Source: Alphaproteobacteria bacterium (GTDB taxonomy: Bacteria; Pseudomonadota; Alphaproteobacteria; SP197). From it: a stretch of 64,000 bases of DNA. The stretch is taken from positions 160,001 to 224,000 of the forward strand of contig OZ219918.1 of the NCBI GenBank assembly GCA_964291415.2, given 5' to 3'. Numbering within the stretch: position 1 is the stretch's first letter; the number at the start of each line of letters is the position of its first letter. Made by a program: the position numbers and the translations under genes. The notes under the pieces are model-generated. The model was not told the origin of the DNA, searched no databases, and saw only the letters and a program-made list of their open reading frames with translations. Positions 1 through 9,221 of this stretch are shown piece by piece.

Positions 1-83
1 CAGCCGGCGCGCACCAGGTGCCAGGCGATTGCGCAGCCGACGACACCGCCACCCACAATGACGACACGGGCATGGGACTTCAT
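1..83 (-). CDS. FAD-dependent oxidoreductase, GcvT/dimethylglycine-sarcosine dehydrogenase family (N-terminus only; runs off the window)
   Basis: The reverse complement reads MKSHARVVIVGGGVVGCAIAWHLVRAG, with a GxGxxG dinucleotide-binding motif typical of DMGDH-like proteins. A GAGGAAG RBS lies upstream. Not in the ORF track. Confidence 0.8.
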   Translation of the reverse strand, partial: MKSHARVVIVGGGVVGCAIAWHLVRAG

Positions 84-684
84 CAGGACACTTCCTCAGC
101 AATGGGGATTCCGGCAACCGCGCAATACTCCGGAGAGAAGGGCAGTGGGTGGCGACGACGCGCATCGTCCTTTCGGCAACCGGTCTGCATCCTGATCGCA
201 CGACACCAAAGGGGGCACACTACAAGAGATCAACCCGGCGGCAACTCCCTCAGGCTCACTCCCGAAATCGCGATTGCGGCCTTTGATCCGCACCGAACCA
301 ACAGGGCTGCCTTGATGCGGCCATCCGGAAGGTTGCGCACACGCAGCCGGAAAAGATCACGAAACCCCGGTCGCGTGTCGCCCCTTCGCGACCGTATTCC
401 TTCATGCGCGCCAGTCAGCCAAAGCTCCCCGCGATGTCGTGGAGAAGGCGCCCGCGGCCACCGGCGGGTCGCAGCGTCCCCATCCCGGCTGTGCGAGCAC
501 GCTATCGACGCAGACTAATGCCGCCTCGTCCGGCGCCGGCGGATGGACGCTCCCGGGGGTGTGTCAACACGCGGAGCACGTTACTCAGTGACAGTTCGAA
601 AAGACCGATCCTGCCCCGTCCCGCCGCCGCCTCGGTCCAACGGTCGCGGCAGTGCGCTGAAGGCGGATACGAGGACCTGGGGCT

Positions 685-924
685 TCAGGGATCTGCGTCC
701 ATGATGTTCCGAAGCGCGACACCTTTCGTCAGATCAACGTCCGGCTGCACGCCTTGCCCGTCGAACACCGGGATTGGTGGCGTACCTCCACCGGCGGCAG
801 CGGGATCTGCGAGAAGTTGCCGAAGCGCCTGCTCGAATGCGGCCTTCAGCGTCATGGACTCGCCTGCCGCATGGGACTTGACGGCCCGCAGCAGTTCGTC
901 GTCGACGTCTACGGTCACTTTCAT
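685..924 (-). CDS. VapB/CopG-like ribbon-helix-helix antitoxin (DUF2191-like)
   Basis: MKVTVDVDDELLRAVKSHAA...TLKAAFEQALR...IPVFDGQGVQPDVDL matches the typical VapB-type pattern. Start moved to the ATG at 924. Confidence 0.7.
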   Translation of the reverse strand: MKVTVDVDDELLRAVKSHAAGESMTLKAAFEQALRQLLADPAAAGGGTPPIPVFDGQGVQPDVDLTKGVALRNIMDADP

Positions 925-1385
925 GTGTGGATATGTAGCAGAAAGCGTGCCTCTGCGCAGACGATGCCTCCCGCGTGACGTCTCCGCGTTCCCGCCGGAC
1001 TGGTCCACGTCGACGTGTGCGGGCTGGAAGATGACCTGCAGCAGTCATCGTTCCGCGAGGTGATCGATGAACCGAGTGACCCGCTCCTGCCGTTCCGCTG
1101 TCGGGGAGGTCTGTCAACGGATCATGGACGCGGGGCATGGGCACGGTACGACCGTTGCCGACGTGTGATGTCGCCTGCCAGCCGTGCGAGGACGTCGCTT
1201 TCCGGTCGGCCGGGACGTGTCTCGACACCATTCCGGAAATCTGTGACGGGTATCGTCCGCAGCCTTTGAATTGCGCCTGATCGCAAGCCGAACGTTTCCA
1301 CGACGGGCAGCACATGCTTCTGGCGACACCCCGCGAGCCCGTGCATAGTGACGTTCTCGACCGGAACCGGCACACGGAGGCGCAG

Positions 1386-2378
1386 ATGGCGGACTACAGC
1401 AGCTTGAAGGCGAGATTGCGCGACAGGGAGGTCATCATTCTCGATGGGGCGGTCGGCACCCAGCTCCAGGCGACGGGCGTGCCCATGGACCCCTATTGCT
1501 GGGCGGCAATCGGCAACCACACCCACCCCTCCACGGTGCAGAAGATGCACGAGGACTACATTCGCGCCGGCGCCGACGTGATCACCACGAACACCTATTC
1601 CGCGGCCCGCCACAACTACGAATCGGCGGGTCTCGGCGACCTCGTGATCGAACTGAACATCCGCGCCGTGCAGTTGGCGCAACAGGCGCGGGAACGTGTC
1701 GCCGACCGGCCGGTGTACATCGCCGGCTCGGTTTCGAACTTCGGCGCCTGGAGCGAGTCCGAGTACCAGTGGTTCAGAAAGTCAGCTCCTTCCTCCGGGG
1801 GATCGGGACTGCGGTCACGCAGCCTCATCACGGAGGTGCAGGCACGACGCAATGTGGCCGAGCAGGTGGCCATTCTCGTCGATGCCGGGGTAGACCTTCT
1901 GATCGCGGAAGCGACGGGCAACGAGATCCAGCGCGAGTGGGTTCTGGAAGCGGTCACGGATGCCGGCATACCCTACTGGGCCGGCTTCAAGTGTCACGTC
2001 AACGAGGGAGAGGCGGAGCCCCGCTCCGGCTACATGTCCGATAGCCTGCTTTCCGAGGAGCTGGACGCGCGACTTCCCCTTGATGCCGACGTCCTGTGCA
2101 TCTTCCATTCGACAATCGAGGACACGGACCAGGCCATACCGGTGGTACGCTCGAAGTGGAAAGGCACGCTCGGTGCCTATCCCGAGGCGGGGCGCAAGGA
2201 CTACGTACAGGCATTCGCGGATCGCAACAGCGAGAACCCGCACACGATCGACGAGTGGGTGGCGACCGCCAGGCGATGGACCGACAACGGGGTGCAGGTG
2301 ATCGGTGGCTGTTGCGGCATGGGACTCGATCACATCCGTGCCCTCGATGGGCAACTGCCCCGACGACTGGCTGCCTGA
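1386..2378 (+). CDS. Homocysteine S-methyltransferase family protein
   Basis: Motifs ILDGAVGTQL, HEDYIRAGADVITTNTY and the C-terminal IGGCCG Zn site. GGAGG RBS before the ATG at 1386. Confidence 0.9.
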   Translation: MADYSSLKARLRDREVIILDGAVGTQLQATGVPMDPYCWAAIGNHTHPSTVQKMHEDYIRAGADVITTNTYSAARHNYESAGLGDLVIELNIRAVQLAQQARERVADRPVYIAGSVSNFGAWSESEYQWFRKSAPSSGGSGLRSRSLITEVQARRNVAEQVAILVDAGVDLLIAEATGNEIQREWVLEAVTDAGIPYWAGFKCHVNEGEAEPRSGYMSDSLLSEELDARLPLDADVLCIFHSTIEDTDQAIPVVRSKWKGTLGAYPEAGRKDYVQAFADRNSENPHTIDEWVATARRWTDNGVQVIGGCCGMGLDHIRALDGQLPRRLAA

Positions 2379-2708
2379 ACGACCGCTGCGCTACCACTTG
2401 GCCCGCAGGAGTGATCCGGCCTGGTCCGTTTTCCGTTGCCTGAAGTCCCCGGGAAGCACGGTGTTGCAGGAGTCCCGTTCTGGCCGTCGGGTTCCGGCTG
2501 ATGAGGATCACGTTCCGGTCAGACGCCAACAGGGCATGCTATGCCGATTCCGTCGCCAGGACGGCGCGCTCGAACACTGATGCGTCCGGACAGCCCGAGC
2601 GGATCCGGTGTCAAGCGCCGCCACCGCCGACACGGGCACGGGTCTTCACGGGAGCGCTGCCACGGCAGGATTGCCAGGAGATTGGTGGTGTCGCACCACA
2701 AGGGGGGA

Positions 2709-2885
2709 TCAGGGCGAGGTGCCCCGTCCCTTCATGAACCGGCTGATGAGAAAGGCGGTCCAGGCGATCCACACCACGAGAGCACCCCAGAGATCGACGT
2801 GTGGCTCGATGAATCTCAGCCACAGGAGGACGATCAGAACCAGCCCTGCGATGCTGTAGAACACCATGTCGCCGAACTCCAGCAT
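2709..2885 (-). CDS. Small (58 aa) two-TM membrane protein at the end of the carbohydrate ABC operon
   Basis: MLEFGDMVFYSIAGLVLIVLLWLRFIEPHVDLWGALVVWIAWTAFLISRF. Its ATG overlaps the permease stop (TGATG), suggesting translational coupling. Confidence 0.7.
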   Translation of the reverse strand: MLEFGDMVFYSIAGLVLIVLLWLRFIEPHVDLWGALVVWIAWTAFLISRFMKGRGTSP

Positions 2886-3724
2886 CACTTCACCGCGCCG
2901 AAGGTCAGCCCGCGCGTGAGGTGGCGCTGGATGAACCAGATCATGATGAGCACCGGGATCGACACCACCACCGACGCGGCCGCCAGTTGCCCCCAGTAGG
3001 TGCCGTGCGGTGTGACAAGACCGGGAAACGCTGCAGGCAGGGTCTGCGCACCGGTACCGCCGATCATGAAGGCGAAGAGAAACTCGTTCCATGCGAAAAG
3101 GAAGGAGATCATGGCGGTCACGGCAATTCCCGGGCGCGCCAGTGGCAGAATGATGCGCGTGAAGACCTGCCATTCTCCGGCTCCCTCGGTCAGCGCCGCC
3201 TCGTCGAGTTCGCGTGGTATGTCGTTGAAGAAGTTGCGCATCAGGTAGACGACGAGGGCTAGATTGAACGTGGTCTGGGCGACGGTGACGGCGGTCAGTG
3301 TTCCGAGCAGTCCGATCGACTGGAAGAACATGTAGAGGGGCAGCACGAGTGCGATGCCCGGTGCCATGCGCGTGGTCAGCACGTAGAAGTAGACGTGCTT
3401 TTCGCCATAGACCCGGAACCGCGAGAAGGCATAGGCCGCCGGGAGTCCGAGAACCAGGCACAGCAACGTGCTCGCGCTCGCCGTCACCAGGGAGTTGATG
3501 AGATTGGTCGTGAACGGACCGATGACAAATGCCTCGTGAAAGTTGCTCAGGGTGGGTGAGAACAGGATCTTCGGCACCGGCGACATGACATCGGTACGAT
3601 GCTTGAACGCCGTCACCATGAGCCACAGGAAGGGAGCCAGTGCGGCCGCCGTCACCACCCAAATGACGGCAAGTTCCAGCCGGTCGAGAAGGCGTACTCC
3701 TTTCTTGCGGGTCAGTACGCTCAT
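2885..3724 (-). CDS. Carbohydrate ABC transporter permease (MalG-like)
   Basis: Multiple TM helices, EAA loop (IPRELDEAALTEGA) and FAWNEFLFA. Confidence 0.93.
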   Translation of the reverse strand: MSVLTRKKGVRLLDRLELAVIWVVTAAALAPFLWLMVTAFKHRTDVMSPVPKILFSPTLSNFHEAFVIGPFTTNLINSLVTASASTLLCLVLGLPAAYAFSRFRVYGEKHVYFYVLTTRMAPGIALVLPLYMFFQSIGLLGTLTAVTVAQTTFNLALVVYLMRNFFNDIPRELDEAALTEGAGEWQVFTRIILPLARPGIAVTAMISFLFAWNEFLFAFMIGGTGAQTLPAAFPGLVTPHGTYWGQLAAASVVVSIPVLIMIWFIQRHLTRGLTFGAVK

Positions 3725-4602
3725 GCCTTGCCGCCCGACATGCGGTTGATCAGCTTCATGACCGTGAACGTCATGACGAAGCTGATGAAGAACAGCAGTG
3801 CCACCACGGCCGAGCCATAGCCGAGATTCCAGAACGCGAAATTCACCTTGTAGGCGAAGATGGTGAGGAGCTCCGTGGCCGCACCCGGCCCGCCACCGGT
3901 CATGATGAACACCTGATCGAAGACCTTGAAGGCATCCGTGAGACGCAGCAGGAGAACCACGCCGATGATCGGTTGCAGCATCGGCAGGGTGATCCGCCGG
4001 AACATGTGCCAGCGCGAGGCGCCGTCGACCACCGCGGCCTCATACGGTTCGCGCGGCATGCCGATGATGGCGGCCAGGAAGATCATGGTGACGAAGGGAG
4101 TCCACTGCCAGACATCGACCGCAACGATGGTCAGGAAGGCGTTGAACGGTGTTCCCAGCAACCCCTCGGGCGCGATACCCATTTCCCTCAGCATGATGCC
4201 GAGAAGGCCGAAGTCCGGATTGAGATTGAGACGGGCGACGAGACCGACCACCACGGGCGCCAGGACCATGGGAATCAGCAACAGCGGCATGACGATGCGC
4301 TTCAGCACCATGTGGTAGGAGATCAGCACCGCGAGTGCGAGGCCGGCGACGAATTCCACGGGCAGCGCGATCAGCATGTAGAGCAGCGTCACGCTGACAC
4401 CGTGGAAGAGATCGTCGTCGAAGACCGCCTTGCGGTAGTTGTCGAGACCGATGAACTGACCGTTCTTTCCGGGTTGGGTGTAGCTGAGATGGTGGACGGA
4501 CTGGTCGAGCATGACGAGAAACGGCCACAGTTCGATGATGAGAAGAAAGGCCATCATCGGCACGAGCCACTGCCAGCCACCCCATGATGTCTTGCGTGTC
4601 AT
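3721..4602 (-). CDS. Carbohydrate ABC transporter permease (MalF-like)
   Basis: Motifs FIGLDNY, DVWQWTPF, EAAVVDGA and MTGGGPG. Confidence 0.93.
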   Translation of the reverse strand: MTRKTSWGGWQWLVPMMAFLLIIELWPFLVMLDQSVHHLSYTQPGKNGQFIGLDNYRKAVFDDDLFHGVSVTLLYMLIALPVEFVAGLALAVLISYHMVLKRIVMPLLLIPMVLAPVVVGLVARLNLNPDFGLLGIMLREMGIAPEGLLGTPFNAFLTIVAVDVWQWTPFVTMIFLAAIIGMPREPYEAAVVDGASRWHMFRRITLPMLQPIIGVVLLLRLTDAFKVFDQVFIMTGGGPGAATELLTIFAYKVNFAFWNLGYGSAVVALLFFISFVMTFTVMKLINRMSGGKA

Positions 4603-5708
4603 GCGCGAATTCCCTCGATGGCCCGGCCGGACGACCGGTCGAAGAGCTTCAATTCCTCGAGGTTGACGTCGAAGGAAAGCGTCTCGCCTTCTCGCACTGT
4701 CCGGGGACGCACCATCTTGGCGATGGCCTCGCTGGGGCCGAAGTTCACGAAGAGCAGAGTTTCGCTGCCCAGAGGCTCAACGATGTTGACGACGCTTTCG
4801 AAGACCGCGCCCTCTCGTGGCGGGATACCGTGGCCTTGGGGGGAGATGTCGTCTGCCCGCAGACCGATCACGACTTCGTGGCCCGTTTCCACATGCGCCG
4901 CCAGGTGCCCGGGAACCGGCAACTGCCAGTCTGAATCCACCCGGAGGATCCTGCCGTCGTCGGTGTCGGCGACGACGCCGTCGAACATGTTCATGGGCGG
5001 TGATCCGATGAACCTGGCAACGAAGGTGTTGGCCGGATAGTGGAAGATGTCGTCCGGGGCGCCGATCTGCTCGACCTTGCCGGCACGCATGATGACGACG
5101 CGGTCGGCCAGCGTCATGGCCTCGACCTGATCGTGGGTGACGTAGACCACCGTGGTCTCCACCTTCCTGTGCAGGCGCTTGATCTCGGTGCGCATCTGGG
5201 TGCGCAACTGGGCGTCGAGGTTGGAGAGCGGCTCGTCGAACAGGAACACGTCCGGATGACGAACGATGGCCCGTCCCATGGCAACACGCTGACGCTCGCC
5301 GCCGGAAAGTTGGGCCGGCTGACGGTCGAGAAGTTCGTCAAGACCGAGAATGTCGGCGGCTTCCGCCACCTTGAGATCGATCTCCCGGCGCGGCACGCGC
5401 GCGAGTGTCAGACCGAATGCCAGGTTCTCCCGCACGGACATGTGGGGATAGAGAGCGTAGTTCTGGAATACCATGGCCACGTTGCGCATGCGCGGCGGTT
5501 CGTCGTTCACCACCCTGTCGCCTATGTGGATGCTGCCGCTCGAGATTTCCTCCAGTCCGGCAATCATGCGCAGGGTGGTCGACTTGCCGCACCCCGAAGG
5601 TCCGACGAGAACGACAAACTCGTTGTGATCGATCTCGAGATCGATCTCGCGGACGGCGACCACGTCACCGTAGACCTTCGAAACGTTCTCAAGCAGCACC
5701 TTCGCCAT
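4599..5708 (-). CDS. Carbohydrate ABC transporter ATP-binding subunit (MalK/UgpC-like)
   Basis: Walker A GPSGCGKST, signature LSGGERQR, Walker B FLFDEPLSNLD and a C-terminal TOBE region. Confidence 0.95.
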   Translation of the reverse strand: MAKVLLENVSKVYGDVVAVREIDLEIDHNEFVVLVGPSGCGKSTTLRMIAGLEEISSGSIHIGDRVVNDEPPRMRNVAMVFQNYALYPHMSVRENLAFGLTLARVPRREIDLKVAEAADILGLDELLDRQPAQLSGGERQRVAMGRAIVRHPDVFLFDEPLSNLDAQLRTQMRTEIKRLHRKVETTVVYVTHDQVEAMTLADRVVIMRAGKVEQIGAPDDIFHYPANTFVARFIGSPPMNMFDGVVADTDDGRILRVDSDWQLPVPGHLAAHVETGHEVVIGLRADDISPQGHGIPPREGAVFESVVNIVEPLGSETLLFVNFGPSEAIAKMVRPRTVREGETLSFDVNLEELKLFDRSSGRAIEGIRA

Positions 5709-5729
5709 GGCGATTCTCCCGGTGAAGCG

Positions 5730-6410
5730 TCAGCCACCGGCCCCCCTGCATGCATCGAGGACGTCACGGAGTTGCGATGTCAGCGCCCCCTTGCGTGGCG
5801 AGAATGCGCCCTCGAGTGCTGCCGTGCCAATGGTGAATGCATCGCCTCCGGCCTCGGCCACTGCCAGGATACGCTCCGAAGAGTCGATGCTGCCGGCGAC
5901 CACGACCTCGCCCGGAGTGCCCGCGCGGGCGGCCCGCACCAGGTCGAGGGGGTCGCACTCGGTAGCGCGATAGGCGAGGAGATCGACACCGGCACATCCC
6001 ATGTCGGCGAAGCGTCGGCAGTCCTCCTCGATCATTCTGGCAGTTCCGCCAAGTCTCGTGGGATGTCCTTCCGGACGGCCGGGGAACGGCAGGTAAGCGA
6101 TGCCGCTGCCGTCAAGTATCTCCAGAGTGTCTTCGACATCGGTGCCGCCGAGCAGGCGGTCCACACCGAGCGCCCGCGCTGTTCTCGCCGATTCGAGCGA
6201 GGCCTCACGTGAGGTGCTGACCACCTCCATGTAGCTGATCGCGCCGGATTCCCTGATGGACCGGTTGAGTGTTTCCAGAGTGGTCTTGTCGACCCCGACA
6301 TCCTTGAATCCCACGTGACCAAGACCGAGGTCGCGGATACCGTCGAAGACATCGAGGCAATCGACGATGGTCTGGTCGTGCCGGGTGAGCATGAAGATGA
6401 AATCGATCAT
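5730..6410 (-). CDS. Uncharacterised TIM-barrel protein with a probable phosphate-binding C-terminus
   Basis: MIDFIFMLTRHD...GFKDVG...YMEVVS...GVDLLAYR...VVAGSIDS...FTIGTA. Alternating beta/alpha pattern ending in motifs like the ribulose-phosphate-binding barrel. Start set at MIDFIF. Confidence 0.7.
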   Translation of the reverse strand: MIDFIFMLTRHDQTIVDCLDVFDGIRDLGLGHVGFKDVGVDKTTLETLNRSIRESGAISYMEVVSTSREASLESARTARALGVDRLLGGTDVEDTLEILDGSGIAYLPFPGRPEGHPTRLGGTARMIEEDCRRFADMGCAGVDLLAYRATECDPLDLVRAARAGTPGEVVVAGSIDSSERILAVAEAGGDAFTIGTAALEGAFSPRKGALTSQLRDVLDACRGAGG

Positions 6411-6548
6411 GACGGTGTCGGTCCTACTCCGGACCGGCAACTTGCCAGACACATCATCGATATGGCAACCGCCACGGCCGCTGTTCTATTGGTGAAAATG
6501 GCCAATTCCGCTATGGTCCGTCCGATTGCGATGACCGAAGAAGAGGTG

Positions 6549-8816
6549 ATGATGCAGGGGACGTCCGGCAACCGGTGGAAGCGCTACGATGTGTGGGACG
6601 ACAGGCCGCTGAGGTACGACCGCTTCACGCCGGACAGTCCCGAGGACGGCTTCTGTGCCACCAACAGCCCCACCGATCCGAAGCCGTCCCTCGTGGTGAG
6701 GGACGGCCGTGTCGTCGAGATGGATGGCGTGGCGGAAGGAGCGTTCGACATGATCGATACCTTCATCGCCCGCCACCATATCGACCCGGAAGTCGCCGGC
6801 GAGGCGATGGCGATCGACAGCGGGGATTTCGCGAGACGTCTTGTCGATGTCAACGTGGCAAGGGACGAACTGGTGCGGCTGGCCCGCGGGATGACGCCGG
6901 CCAAGCTGTGCGATGTCCTCGACAGCATGAACACCCTGGAACTTTCCTTTGCCCAGGCCAAGCTGCGGACCCGCAGGATGCCCGGCAACCAGGCCCACGT
7001 TACCAACGCCAAGGACGACCCGGTTCAGCTCGCGGCGGACGCCGCCACCGCGGCTGCCATGGGGTTCGATGAGATCGAGACCACCATGCGCGTGGCGCGC
7101 AATTCGTGGTCCAACGCCCTTGCCTGCCTCATCGGTGCGGCGGTCGGAAAGCCGGGTACGCTGTTCCAGTGTGCCTGCGAGGAAGCCGAGGAGCTCAAGC
7201 TGGGCATGGCCGGCCTGACATCCTATGCCGAGACGGTCTCCGTCTATGGGACTGAGGGATCGTTCGTCGACGGCGACGACACGCCTTGGTCGAAGGCCTT
7301 CCTGATTGCCGCCTATACATCGCGCGGCATCAAGGCGCGGTGTACTTCCGGCGGCGGCGCGGAACTGCTCATGGGATTTCACGACACGCGCTCGCTGCTT
7401 TATCTCGAGGCCCGCTGCCTGTGTGTGCAGCGGGCAATCGGTGTCCAGGGAACCCAGAACGGTGGCATCGATGGTGCTCCGGTCACCGGGTCGATGACAG
7501 GTGGCATGCGCGAGATCCTGGCGGAGAACGTGCTCGCCGCACTGCTCGATCTCGAGTGCGCGTCGGGCAACGACACACGGATCAGTGAATCGGAAATCCG
7601 GGTCGGCGCCAAGATCATGCCCCATCTCATGTCGGGAACGGACTTCCTGTGTTCCGGGTTCGGGTCCATCCCGGCCTATGACAACTCCTTTGCGGCCTCC
7701 CTGTTCAATGCCGAGGAGATCGAGGATTTCCTTGCCGTACAGCGTGACTTCGAACTCGACGGCGGCATCCATCACGTCCCCGAGGGTCATGTCATGGCCC
7801 TGCGCCGGCGTGCCGTCGATGCTCTCGACGCCGTTTTTCGCGACCTTGGTCTCGGTGATGTTGGTGAGGCGCAGAAGACCAGTGTGGTCCAGGCGAGTGG
7901 TTCACGTGACACTGACACCTTCCGGCTGAGCGAGATTGGTGTCATCTCGGAGACGATCGCCCGAAAGGGCATCACGCTTCTCGACATCATCGCCGCCCTG
8001 GGACGCACCGGTTTTGTTGATGTGGCCGAGAATCTTCTGCTCTTGCTGCGCTACCGGGTGAGCGGCGACTACCTGCAGACGGCGGCGGTTATTCGTGACG
8101 GACGCGTGGTCAGTGCCGTCACCCACCCCAACGACTACAGCGGCCCCGGAACCGGGCACCGGCTGACCGCCGAGCGCCGCGACGAGATCGCCGGCATCCG
8201 CAGTCTTCTCACGAAACGGGAGATCTTCGAGTCGGCGGAACGCCACGAGGCGAGAGAGAGGCGTCGGTATCACCTGCAAGCGATCGGGCCCGCCGCTGGC
8301 GGCACGTCCCGGGACGAGGTGGTCATTGCCGTCAGTCCGGCCTTCGGCCGCAAGCTGCATCAAACAACCTCGGGCCTGTACCTGTCCGACGTGATGGAGG
8401 CGCTGCTCACCGGTGTTCAGGAAGGCGGTGGCAGGGCGCGGGTCGTGCGGGCGTGGCACACGGCCGACACATCGTTTCTCGGTCTTACCGCGGCACGCCT
8501 TTCCGCTTCGGGGATCGGGATCGGAATCCAGGCCAAGGGGACCGCGGTCATCCACACTGCTGACGACTATCCTCATATGAACCTGGAGCTTTTCTCCCAG
8601 GCACCGATCACCGGACTCGGGCACTACCGGCGTATGGGCCACAACGCGGCCTGCTATGCTCGCGGCGAACGTCCGGAACCGGTCAGCATCCCCTACAAGG
8701 GGGAGGCCCTTGGTGCCCGCTTTCATGTGCAGACATCGCTCATCTATGCGCTGGAAACGGCCATGGTGAAGGCGGACGCAGAACCGGAGGAGCTGAGGGT
8801 GACGTTCCATGAATGA
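6549..8816 (+). CDS. pduCD: Adenosylcobalamin-dependent diol/glycerol dehydratase, large (alpha) and medium (beta) subunits fused
   Basis: Alpha motifs QAHVTN, GFDEIETT, YAETVSVYGT, DGDDTPWSK, LYLEARC and NDYSGPGTG run in frame into beta motifs DEVVIAVSPAFG, GIGIGIQAKGT and NLELFSQAP. AAGAGG RBS before ATG 6549/6552. Confidence 0.92.
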   Translation: MMQGTSGNRWKRYDVWDDRPLRYDRFTPDSPEDGFCATNSPTDPKPSLVVRDGRVVEMDGVAEGAFDMIDTFIARHHIDPEVAGEAMAIDSGDFARRLVDVNVARDELVRLARGMTPAKLCDVLDSMNTLELSFAQAKLRTRRMPGNQAHVTNAKDDPVQLAADAATAAAMGFDEIETTMRVARNSWSNALACLIGAAVGKPGTLFQCACEEAEELKLGMAGLTSYAETVSVYGTEGSFVDGDDTPWSKAFLIAAYTSRGIKARCTSGGGAELLMGFHDTRSLLYLEARCLCVQRAIGVQGTQNGGIDGAPVTGSMTGGMREILAENVLAALLDLECASGNDTRISESEIRVGAKIMPHLMSGTDFLCSGFGSIPAYDNSFAASLFNAEEIEDFLAVQRDFELDGGIHHVPEGHVMALRRRAVDALDAVFRDLGLGDVGEAQKTSVVQASGSRDTDTFRLSEIGVISETIARKGITLLDIIAALGRTGFVDVAENLLLLLRYRVSGDYLQTAAVIRDGRVVSAVTHPNDYSGPGTGHRLTAERRDEIAGIRSLLTKREIFESAERHEARERRRYHLQAIGPAAGGTSRDEVVIAVSPAFGRKLHQTTSGLYLSDVMEALLTGVQEGGGRARVVRAWHTADTSFLGLTAARLSASGIGIGIQAKGTAVIHTADDYPHMNLELFSQAPITGLGHYRRMGHNAACYARGERPEPVSIPYKGEALGARFHVQTSLIYALETAMVKADAEPEELRVTFHE

Positions 8817-9219
8817 GGGAGGCCGGTCAGACGAAAAACCGGCAGGGGTGCTTGCGACAACGGGTGGTCGGCCTCTTGAAGAACTGACACTCGCCAACGT
8901 GCTCGCCGGTACGGTGGATGAGAGTGATGTGGGCATCCGCCCCGCCGTGCTTCGCCACCAGGGCACCGTCGCCCGCGGTGCCGGCCGCGACCGGCTGGCG
9001 GACAATTTCGAGCGAGGCGCCGAGCTTGTCGGTGTCCCCGACGAAGAGATCTTCGCCACCTACGAGAAGTTGCGCCCGGGGCGGGCGCGGAGCCGGGCGG
9101 AACTGATCGAACTCGCCCGTCATTACCGGCAGACCTACGGAGCACATCGCATCGCCGAACTGATCGAGAGCGCGGCCGAGGTGTACGAACGCCGCCGTCT
9201 CTTCCAGAAGAGGTTCTGA
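8809..9219 (+). CDS. pduE: Diol dehydratase small (gamma) subunit
   Basis: Motifs GRPLEELTLANVL, LADNFERGAEL..VPDEEIFATYEKLRPGR, YGA and AAEVYERRRL. Overlaps the upstream stop. Confidence 0.9.
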   Translation: MNEGGRSDEKPAGVLATTGGRPLEELTLANVLAGTVDESDVGIRPAVLRHQGTVARGAGRDRLADNFERGAELVGVPDEEIFATYEKLRPGRARSRAELIELARHYRQTYGAHRIAELIESAAEVYERRRLFQKRF

Positions 9220-9221
9220 TC

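Noticed and set aside
90-330. Possible glycine riboswitch upstream of the GcvT-like gene
   Set aside because: Only isolated GCCGAA and TCAGG fragments occur on the minus strand, in the wrong order for an aptamer. An Rfam scan would settle it.
6315-6548. N-terminal extension of the dehydratase ORF
   Set aside because: It overlaps the divergent TIM-barrel gene. Homology begins at NRWKRY and an RBS precedes the ATG at 6549.
6411-6548. Possible cobalamin riboswitch upstream of the B12 enzyme
   Set aside because: The gap is short and I could not find a B12-box consensus.
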